Assembly: GCA_039545335.1 (NCBI GenBank)
Contig: BCIN01000001.1
Coordinates: forward strand, 3,165,136 to 3,229,135
Reading direction: 5' to 3'
DNA from: Kondoa subrosea
Taxonomy: Eukaryota
DNA: 64,000 nt
A program made the translations under genes and the position numbers. The notes beneath the pieces are model-generated. The model did not search any database and was not told the DNA's origin. It was given only the letters and a program-made list of their open reading frames with translations. This document shows, piece after piece, positions 43,324 to 52,947 of the stretch (positions are counted from its first letter, which is position 1; each line of letters begins with the position of its first letter).

Positions 43324-43765
43324 GAACATAAGAGCCGAGAGAACACAGCTAATACATAGTAAAGTGCACAAACAAACGAAGATCACATCTTGCTCGAGCA
43401 TGGATCCACTCAGGCGGGGATTCAACAGAGCCTTCACATGGCGTATAGGATGTCCAATAGAGAGATTACAGAAGATTTGAGCGTGAAGATCATCGTACAG
43501 TGTCAAGCTGAGTCACGCACAAATCGTATGGTTGCCTTCATGCCGTGACCTGCTTGCATTGTGTACATATACCCTGCTCTACGTTACAAGCGCTCACCGT
43601 AATTGCTACCCTATATACAGCCAGGTCTTGCGGCTTCTCTCTTCGCCAGTAGATTCTTGAGTTGCCTCCAATACAAAGCTTCCCTCCAAGTCGCTCTGTG
43701 CTGTCGTCTGCTCCTATCGTCTCTCGTAACCGCACCTACATATCTTATTCCCAATAGAAACCCAA

Positions 43766-45139
43766 ATGGAACCAGAACCATCTACATCAACTCTCTCCTC
43801 ACAAGCAACACCTTACCCCAATCTGCTCCTACTCATCTGTATCCACGGTTTCAAAGGTAACGACAACACGTTTGAAGAATTCCCCAAACGAATAGCCTAC
43901 AACCTCTCTCATACTTTGTACCCGAAATGTAAAGTCGAACCTTGCGTTTATCCAGCATACAAAACGGCTGGTGATTTAGCTGAAGCGGTTGCAAAGTTTA
44001 CTGAATGGTTGATTGCTTTGGTTGCTGAGAAGGAAATGGAATTAGCTGAGGTCAATAGTGGGAAAGGGAAAGGTAAAGAGAAGGAGAGGGCAAAGGTTGT
44101 TTTATTGGGTCATAGGTGAGCGATCACATCCTGTCTTATCACTCTTTTGTGATCCGGGAAGTGGAAACGCTTACAGCATGGGCGGTTTGGTAGCTGCCGA
44201 TACTGTTCTCAATCTCCGAAAAGGTTATTTGGAAGCCTCAATCCCACTCTGGCCATGCATCATCGGTTGTATAGCATACGATACGCCTTATCTTGGCTTG
44301 AATCCCGGTACATTCAGTAACACAGCAGATCATTATATTTCTCAAGCTACTCAATTAAACGACTTGGTTTCCTCGGTTACTGGTTACTCGATAGCTTCTC
44401 TTTGGGGAGGCGGAACAAATAATGGAACAACGAAACAGAAAGCAGTATCGAAAGAGAATGTCGGTACTGCGGATACTTCTTGGTTAAATATGAAGAATGT
44501 TGGAGCACTAGGAGGCGCAGCGTGCGTTTGCAGCTCTTTCTGTCCATCTTTTTTTGGATGTACTGATTAGAAAAAATGATCAGTCTAGCAGCTGCAGCAG
44601 CAGGGACGGCTTGGTCACAAAGAGCAGTCATCACTTCACAAATTTCATCACTCGGCATCGCATCCAGGGAATTCGTTACTTCTCACTTGGAATTTGTTGG
44701 CGCTTTATGGAAAGCTGAAGATTTGCGAAATCGATTGCATGCGATTTGTGCTTGTGAAGCGGAAAGTGGTGGGAAAGTTGGGTTTCATTGGTCAGGATTC
44801 ATCACTAACATACTGCAATATATCGTTGCTTATATTGGTTGAATTTTGGACAGCTTCTATACCAAGATCAATGCTGCGAAGGGAGCGGCTCACGAACGGA
44901 CTTTCATCATTTTACCTAGCAAAACCATGCAAACCGATAAATCTGTGCTGAAACACTTTACTGGCAATAAGAATACCAATGCAGCGAATGAAGTGGATGC
45001 GTGAGTTTCATTTTGTCCTTGTAGATATTCAGCTAATTATGGTTTGATCAGTCACGTTAGCATGTTCAGCTTGCAAAACGATGGAGGACATGATTTAGCT
45101 ATCAAGACAGTGCAGCTGATAACGGAATGGATGCCTTGA
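43766..45139 (+). CDS. Alpha/beta hydrolase, DUF676/PGAP1-like putative serine esterase
   Basis: IHGFKGND.TF; GHSMGG nucleophile elbow; YDTPYLG; RTFIILP; EVDAHVSMF. Confidence 0.85.
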
Positions 45140-45184
45140 ATAATGTATTAACACTATATTACAGATGCAAGTTGTATGTAAAAT

Positions 45185-45876
45185 CTATGCCTTCACTTTC
45201 GCTTGTATATTATCTGTCGCACTGTAGTTTTTCCTGTCCAGCAGACCTAAGCCTACATGTGCTATTGACTTTTGCGGCACGTCGTATCGCTTGATATAAT
45301 TTTGCTTGTAAGTCCCTTCTGATGATAAGCATATCTTGAGTCTTTCTAGCCTTCGTTCTCTGAGTTTGTTCTTCGGCAGCATACCAGAAACAGCTTTCCT
45401 TATGATCTGTCAGAATTCATCCCCGGGAATCAGCTTTAATCTGATTCCCAAAGTCGATACCGACCTGCTCTGGATGCTTTTGCATAACTGTCTTGAAAGG
45501 TATCTCTTTCAATTTCCAACCAGTATGATAGCGATAGAGCTTTTGTTCATTCTTCTTGCCAGTAACTTTAACTTGCTTAGCATTCGTAACCACAACATAA
45601 TCACCACAATCGACTGTCGACCATTCACAGTCGCACAGAATCAGCTCAATACTGATGCGCAGGGAAATGTGGCTGACCTCCTGGGTCATAGATGGGTTTA
45701 TGCTTGCCCATCAGAATCAAAGCTATTCTCGCAGCCGCTTTGCCCAGAATCTCTTCCTTCAGGTTGATGTGATGCCAACTTCGCGTGAAGGCAGCGCTCG
45801 TCTGTAGTGTAGCAGGTCAGATGAGAATACATAGACGAGACTCGAGTGGCCGTACAGAGCCTATAAGTTGCGACAT
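45185..45876 (-). CDS. MRPL23: Mitochondrial ribosomal protein uL13m
   Basis: [55 protein letters not shown]; 3' end approximate. Confidence 0.93.
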
Positions 45877-46205
45877 GGCTGCCTGAGATCAACTCGCTGA
45901 TTTTTGGACATTCAGGTCCTTGTCTGTGTACAGCTACATCTCAGTGTCACTGGCATTGTGCCTTGCGTCTAATCTCTCTAAGTTTGTGCTGCTGCTCGGA
46001 AGCATAGCAGATACATTTGTCCATTCTATATCTTTAATCTGAGCAGGCCGCTGAACGTCTTCTTTCCTCTTGCCTATCAGTCTCAAAGTTCCGTCGGCAT
46101 ATTGCTCGTCTTTTCTTATTGCCTCAGTGATCCTACATTGGCTCTCGGGCTGTCATCACCGGATTTCAACGTTGCCGATATTCGTCGGGATTACGAATTC
46201 AGGCA

Positions 46206-46211
46206 TATAAG
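46206..46211 (+). promoter_or_regulatory. TATA-like element
   Basis: TATAAG followed by a long CT tract about 80 bp upstream of ATG 46287. Confidence 0.4.
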
Positions 46212-46286
46212 AACGGATTCTTTCTCTTTCTCTTCCTCTCTCCTCTCATTAATTTATCTCCCTCTACTATCGTAACACATCGAAAC

Positions 46287-47152
46287 ATGAAGGTTATTCT
46301 CACTGGCGCGACTGGAGGAATCGGATCGGGTGTTCTTCAAGCGCTGTATGCTCACCTTAATTAACACTTGGGTTATACTTGCGATATTGTATCAGTCTTG
46401 TAGATCCTGAAGTTACTGCTATCCTCTCTCTTTCTCGTCGCGACTTATCCGTCACTTCACCCAAACTTTCTACCTTGATCAAATCAGACTATTCTTCGTA
46501 CACTGCAGAAGAATTGAACCGTTTCAAAGACTATGATGCAGCTTTATGGTCAGTTATCCTTCCAACTCTTGCTAATCGTCTCAAGAATGTTTTATTCCAG
46601 GTGCATGGGAAATGGAACAGCGAAAGTATCAGAAGAAGAAAAAGAAATGGTTCTTAATACCTATCCTAGAACTTTCGTCAATTCTCTATTACCTCATCTT
46701 AATCAACAACGTGCTACTCCATTTCGATTTCTTTTGGTTGGGGGTGCTATTGCCGTTCGGGATCAATCTGCCAATCTCTATATTCTTCCCAAAGTGCGAA
46801 AGGCAATTGTTAGCTTCTTTCTTTCCTTGTTCTCAAGTGAATGATTCTGACATGGCGTTTGTACAGGGTCAATGGCAGAATGAATGGTTCGATTTGGCCA
46901 AAGAGAATAAACAAGCTATAGATTTCTACGCTATCAACATCCAATAGTGAGTTGCGGAGCGTCTGTCATTGATTCGTTCTTATATTGACCTGTTTTAATA
47001 GCGTTACTGATAACTCGGTTGCTCGATTCATCTTGTGTGACAACTATTCTATCACCAGGCAACAAGCTGGTAGAGCTATGATTCGATTAGCTAAAGAGGG
47101 CAGAGAGGAGAAGGATGTGAGAAGCACTTTGTTGCATGAACTGGCGCTCTAG
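46287..47152 (+). CDS. NAD(P)-binding Rossmann protein (epimerase/TIP30-like atypical SDR)
   Basis: MKVILTGATGGIGSGVL; LSRR; YDAALWCMG; FRFLLVGG; four introns. Confidence 0.82.
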
Positions 47153-47644
47153 GTTAGTTGAAGTTCTGCTTACGTGCGCAGTAATTGATGCTGATCTATC
47201 GCTTATATGGAGTACAGCCATATATATCTGAAGATGTCTTACTAATAATATACTTGTGTAAAGTTATTGTACCAATAATTCTACTAGTTGAATGTAGTCC
47301 AATTGCCCTGATGTTATGACGAGAGACTTCAGATCTGTGACATCGATCGAAACCTTGTCTCAGAGTCTACTTCCCCTCCCTTCCTTGCTTAACAGACAGG
47401 ATTTCCGAAGACTATCTTCAGATCTCTTTCGCATATCAATGACTCTCCCTTTCAGAACACCCTCTTATAGCTTGCACGCAAACACACAAGCAGAAATATG
47501 GAATCACATTGCATCACGCATTGAACATTGATTGATTTCTTGTTCATTGCATAGAGTTCCTACTGGTCACTCGATTTCCGAAACTTGAGGCCCCTAGCTT
47601 GCCATTCTCTCTTCTTGTTCATCCTGAGCTCTTGTGTAAGTTCT

Positions 47645-48425
47645 TCAATTCAATCCAAACTCCGCTGCATTGCCTATCAACCTATCCGGCGTGTACTCTT
47701 TGTAGATGCTGTGATATCCCATCCAAGTAGCGACTTTGCCCAGACCATTGATAACATGAATAATTGGCGTCCTCATATTCTGTACCAAAGTTTGCGGACC
47801 AACAGGGTAATTGTCATAGTCGGCAAAGATCTTCATCATTTGTAGAGCAGGTGGATTGCCATTATGATCATTAACGACACCTGTGCAACGCTCAGGACAA
47901 ACGCAGAGTTGTGCGAGCAGTAATCTACCGAAAATGTTTCTGGGATCAGGAATATTTCAGCGTTGCTAAATCCGAGAAGAAAGATTAATGCTCACCTGAA
48001 AAACAACTCTTTCAATTGTGGATCCGGCTTATTCTGCTCCCAAACCACAGTCTCTGCTTGACTATCACCCAGAACTTCCCATCTATGAGGTGTCCAAGCG
48101 GGAATCTCAATCATGCCATCTTCCGCAGTAACAAATCGAGTTTCAGTACCAATCGTTACTCGAATACGGCCAGTCTCGCAAAAGAGATACTCAGAGTGTT
48201 CTGCGTGAAAGTGAAGAAAAGAATCGAAGACGCCTTGAGGAGCTGCGATACAACAATCAGCTTGCAAGATGATGCTTGAAAGACTGTGAAAAGCAAACCA
48301 AAGCGGAATCTGACCTCGAAAGATGGTAGACCTGGTGCAGGAGATGTAGGCTCTAAGAAGTCGACTTGAGCTTTGGCTTGATTGTAAGCGATAGTTTGTT
48401 CTCCTGCTGTGTTTGTCCTGATCAT
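47645..48425 (-). CDS. RmlC-like cupin domain protein
   Basis: Cupin motif 1 LHFHAEHSE....TG; motif 2 IPAWTPHRW; KELFFRN; 11-nt exon at 47929-47939. Confidence 0.85.
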
Positions 48426-48882
48426 GTTTTAATCCACAGCAGCCTGCTTAGCAGAAAGAGAAAAGAGAGAGAGAGAAAGAAAGAAAGCTCAGAGCGATGC
48501 TTGCAAAGCAGCATGTGACCTGTTCATTACTGATTACGCAAGGACCAATGCCATAAATATAGCACGAAGAATCAAGAACAGACTTAGAGCTCGCTTGAAG
48601 GCAGATCTCGAGGCATATTACTTTGCACAATTGCAGGATCGCACGATCATCTGTCGAGGCTACTCAGAGTCTGGGATAGTCTCGAGTTCATGACCGTTGC
48701 AGCCAAACCTTCTTGCAAATTCTGGTCTGAATATTAGCAAACTTTTACTCTGCCAGCCTTCGTTCCCTGAATACCATCAAAGTGCTTCTGTCATACATCT
48801 GCAGACGCGCTTCGCCCTTACTTGGTTCGACTTGCTCGAAATATCTGCACAAATTACGCGCGCGAAATTTTCAAAACAAATA

Positions 48883-49500
48883 ATGAGCCCAAACTTCTTC
48901 AACCTCTGCCTGCCAGCTACAGGAGCGCTAAAGGAGCTACCTATTGCTTATCAAGCGGACATGCGCGGAAATCCAGCCAATATCTTATCGCTTTCGAATC
49001 CCGCGCAGAAAATAGAGCAAAATGAAAAGTTGACAATCTCCGAGGCGAAGAGTAAGAGAAGGAGTAGACCTGCATCGCATATTAGACGTGCGCACAAAGC
49101 GGCAGCAGCCGCGGCGAATACCAGTGAATTCGGTGAATCAGTCGTCTCGAGCATGTACGTTGTGATGCTTTCAAGTTCGCCGGAAGAAAGCCAATCCTTT
49201 TACAGATTAAGCCAAAGACGCTGGTCTGCTGTCTCTTCCTTTTCCGATGTGTCCACCAGCAGTACCGATACAGCATCAACTTCTTCTTCTTCTAGCTCAT
49301 CGTCTCACTTCTTCTCATCCTACTCTCTTTTGCCATTTACTCCGACTGCCAGTCCAGCTACCATCGACTCTTTATCTACTCTTCCAGCTGCAACGCTTCC
49401 GCTCAATCTCGGAGAAATGCTTCCAGGCGATAAAGGTTTCTCAAAACAGTTGATGGAAAGGCGGAAGAGAGAAGCTTGGAATATGAGGTTTGAGAAGTAA
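48883..49500 (+). CDS. Hypothetical Ser-rich protein
   Basis: Long open frame from ATG 48883; basic patch KSKRRSRP; possible GTACGT...TTACAG intron; no known domain. Confidence 0.45.
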   Translation: MSPNFFNLCLPATGALKELPIAYQADMRGNPANILSLSNPAQKIEQNEKLTISEAKSKRRSRPASHIRRAHKAAAAAANTSEFGESVVSSMYVVMLSSSPEESQSFYRLSQRRWSAVSSFSDVSTSSTDTASTSSSSSSSSHFFSSYSLLPFTPTASPATIDSLSTLPAATLPLNLGEMLPGDKGFSKQLMERRKREAWNMRFEK

Positions 49501-49654
49501 ATGATTGGAAAGAAGGGTTGAATGGAAAGAATGACATGTAAAATAGCAATCGTAATATGAGAGGGATCGAATGATGAAACAATGCAGCGATCCTCTGTTG
49601 TAATTTTAGTTTTCTCAGACATGCATAATATGAGATGATTTACTGACCGATATT

Positions 49655-51259
49655 TCACCGCATTATTTTGTCTCTTAACGTGACACAAGACCAATGAATG
49701 ACTTTTGTTGGCAAATCGTGCTTGTCTCTATCTTTGATGACGATTTCCGTGATCTGACCGCTGTCGATCATATATTGAACTTGATGACCAGGTGGCGCCT
49801 TCGAATTATCCCGGTACATGGACATGCCAGCTTTGGCGTCAACTTTGAGCCCTTTTACCGGACCTCTCCATAGGGTGGTGACAAGATACAGATCCATACG
49901 GAGTTTCGATCGATGCTGAAGAGATGGAAGCCACTTCTTGAGCATCCTGGCTTCCTGCTCGTCGGACCCACATCGCAAGTTTGTGTGCAGAACCAAGCTA
50001 CGAAGTAAAGGTAAGGATCCGCCTATGATGATTGGAGAGAGTGCCTCAATTCCATGCGAAGGGAAAATTTCGTCGGCATCTTCCAGCTTCATAATAAGGG
50101 AGTTCAGAGCGGGAAAATGATTGCCGCTGAAAACCTCGTTAAAGATGAAGTTGATGCAATGAAAGCTTGTGTCATTTATGCATAGATGCAGAGTATTGAC
50201 TTTTGCAAAGGAATGGGCGATTTGTAGCAGAATGTGTAAATCGTCTTGTGCGATATCAGGTATTGTAATAGACAAGTATTGGATGGACGACATGCAGTGA
50301 TCTTGGCTCAATCCAGCCCATGCTTGTATATTGCGCTCGTGGTTGTGCACAACGATCAACTCTTCTAGGGTTTCGGAACAGAAGTTTAATAACTGGTATA
50401 GATGGTCTGAGTCGGGGGTAGCTTGATCAAGCCACGGATCATGTCCGTGGTGATAAGAGTCCTGCATGTTTTCTTCGTCCACGTAGTACAGTTTGCGTAG
50501 AGCAACTGCTCGTTGAGCTTCTAGACTGAGATTGATCACCGAGGTGTCGAAGTTTCCAACATATATTTCGTCGAGGCCAGGTGCTGACAGGAGAGCATCC
50601 ATAAACGGCATAATAGCTACTGTATATCGGCTGACATTGTGCAGCGAAAGGCGATTCAGGCGCGCAAAGAAGGGCAGCTTTCTGATGTCCGCATGCGAGG
50701 GTCTTGGTAGCTGCTGCATCCAACTACTATGGAGGTCGTCTTCAATGTACATGTCGGATCCCGGATCGTATCCAATTTCAACTGTCATAAGTTCGACACA
50801 GGGAAAGAAGGCGAGAATTGCCAGACTAGTGCTGAGCTTGATCGCAGACCGAGCGATAGAGACAGCTTCACTCAATTGCTTGCTGACGGGATCAGGCGTC
50901 TTCGCTAGAAGACCTAACTCGTCTTCTCCACTCCCCTCATCTGCAATCCATTCCTCTTCAATAATGTGCCTCCACGTGACTTCCTTCACACATCGACCTA
51001 AAGCTGAATGATTACACAGCGTGTCCAGCAGAGAAGGATGACAGATGTGTTGGTAATCGAGCGATCGGAACAAGAAAGGCAAAGCAATGCGCCTGAGTCT
51101 CTCTGCAGCAAAGTTCATGAGTCTTCTATTCTGGATGATGGCATAGAACAGCGCACTACAGACTCGAGTCAAGGCAGCGAAGACTTTCGTGCGCCCGTAC
51201 TCTTCCTCGTCTACCACCTTCAGAATCTCTATAATAGTCTCTGTTGGCAGTGTGAACAT
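49655..51259 (-). CDS. F-box-like / RNI-like protein
   Basis: LPTETIIEIL; removing a 54-nt in-frame GTGCGC..GCAG intron gives LTRVCKRLRRIALPFLF; LxxLxL repeats. Confidence 0.78.
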   Translation of the reverse strand: MFTLPTETIIEILKVVDEEEYGRTKVFAALTRVCSALFYAIIQNRRLMNFAAERLRRIALPFLFRSLDYQHICHPSLLDTLCNHSALGRCVKEVTWRHIIEEEWIADEGSGEDELGLLAKTPDPVSKQLSEAVSIARSAIKLSTSLAILAFFPCVELMTVEIGYDPGSDMYIEDDLHSSWMQQLPRPSHADIRKLPFFARLNRLSLHNVSRYTVAIMPFMDALLSAPGLDEIYVGNFDTSVINLSLEAQRAVALRKLYYVDEENMQDSYHHGHDPWLDQATPDSDHLYQLLNFCSETLEELIVVHNHERNIQAWAGLSQDHCMSSIQYLSITIPDIAQDDLHILLQIAHSFAKVNTLHLCINDTSFHCINFIFNEVFSGNHFPALNSLIMKLEDADEIFPSHGIEALSPIIIGGSLPLLRSLVLHTNLRCGSDEQEARMLKKWLPSLQHRSKLRMDLYLVTTLWRGPVKGLKVDAKAGMSMYRDNSKAPPGHQVQYMIDSGQITEIVIKDRDKHDLPTKVIHWSCVTLRDKIMR

Positions 51260-51615
51260 TGCAGACACCGAATATCGCCAGAAGGCGATGATCTCGGATA
51301 TCTCTCGCTGCGTTGTGGTACTTCGTCAAGCCTTCACTTTGAAGATTCTCTTGCTGTACACCTGTAGGCAAGCGTCGCTATGTCACTGGCTTGCTCGCGA
51401 TGAATGCTGTATGACTCGATTCGGAGAGCAGAGTCTTATCGAGCCTGTGCCGGTGCATTTCAGCAAGACTGCTTATATTGATTAGTCCTGTTCTCTCTTG
51501 ACTTATACATGCTACTACTCTGCGTTGTCTCTGTCTTGTTGTACCGTGCTGAGACTGCTCAAAGCACCTACCGCTCTGCAAATCCGCTCAGATCACGAAC
51601 AATGGGCCTTCAGCT

Positions 51616-51668
51616 TGATGTGATGTGATTTGATCTGACTTGATGTGAGTGGATGGAATTGATGGATG
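51616..51668. repeat. Degenerate (TGATN)n pentamer repeat
   Basis: tgatg tgatg tgatt tgatc tgact tgatg tgagt ggatg ... Confidence 0.55.
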
Positions 51669-52421
51669 CAAGTATAAGCACTATGATTTCTCTTCTGCTT
51701 CTTGCGTCTTCTCATCACCTATCTTCATTCCAATTACTCTAACACGACAATGTTTCACTCAACATCAACCGATATCCCACTCGCTTTCCTCTGCGGCAGT
51801 TCTATCTGGTCTTCTCAACCTTCTCTCACTTCCTCTAATGTCGCACAATGTTCTCAGGCTACTGTCCAAAACTTTCCAATTTCACGAAATGCAAACCAAT
51901 TACCGATACAGCAAAAGAAAGGTCGATCTAGACCAGGCAAGAAAACTAGAGCTATATCCAAAGCTGAAGTACTAGGTCCCAGGTTTCTTCATTATTGAAT
52001 TGTGAGTTTTCTTCTTCCACGCGATGGAATCTCTGCTGACAAGGTTGTGCAGTTGCACCATATTGTTATCATCTCATTAATGTCATTGAAAAGGATCGAA
52101 GGGAATGTTAAGCATGTATAAGGAAGCTGGAAGGGCATGGCTGTGGACAAGCATTGTAAAAAGCGAAGAAGAGCCATTTGTAATCAGAGACATCAAACCC
52201 CAAATTTCACTCTGAAGACGAACCTTCTTTCTGTAACAGCGAGCGATATTTTGAACAGTCTGCGACAGTATTGTACATCTGAAATAACGTTCACACGTCA
52301 CTCTGGGTCTTTGCCCCGCTTCGGCAACACATGAATTTACTTTCGCGTGATTGCCGTTTCACAAGTTTCATGGCTTCCACTTGCTTTCTGCCTACTTCTG
52401 TTATCCTTGCCTAGCACTACC

Positions 52422-52858
52422 ATGTCGAACGTCTCTGTTGCAAATCCTAATGGAGTTATCACGGATAGCTTCTACGGTTTGGGCCTCGGTTGGTGTCCCT
52501 TGAAGAAGCTCACTACCTTCTCTTAGGCTGTACCGCTATGAATGGCACTGCTCTGGCTGAATGTTGCTCTTCGCAAGGTCTGACAGCAGCTGTGATAAAC
52601 GGGCAAGCCTATGACCTCGTCTGTTCAAAGCTTGAGCTGATAAGGCTTTGTAGTACCGCAGGCTGTCCAGCAACCACATCTACAGGCCCGACTACCTTCG
52701 ATGAGCAAGCCTTCCAGCAATGCGCTGTCAGGTATGATAATGCCAGTCCTATTGGCTGCAAAGCCTTCGTAGCAAGTTCAGCAAGCGGATTGAGGTTCAA
52801 CAGCAAGGCTGCTGCTGCAATGGGTCTTTTGATTCTGATCACGGTGGTGGGAATATGA
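52422..52858 (+). CDS. Small 6-Cys protein with hydrophobic GPI-like C-terminus
   Basis: C-CC-C-C-C pattern after removing two introns (second is GC-AG, 52603-52653); tail SSASG..basic..AAAAMGLLILITVVGI. Confidence 0.6.
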
Positions 52859-52947
52859 TGATATAATCATAGGCAGCCTTATAAAGGTTCAAACGCGATG
52901 AATGTAATCAGATGCAAATGCTCTATAGTACAACTTCTGTTAGTTCT

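Noticed and set aside
45987..46018. Short hairpin followed by ACA, possible H/ACA snoRNA
   Set aside because: Only about 9 bp of stem; no convincing H box or second hairpin
51750..51998. Short ORF with KKGRSRPGKKTR resembling the basic patch in ORF 48883-49500
   Set aside because: Similarity is limited to four residues in low-complexity sequence; coding status unsupported
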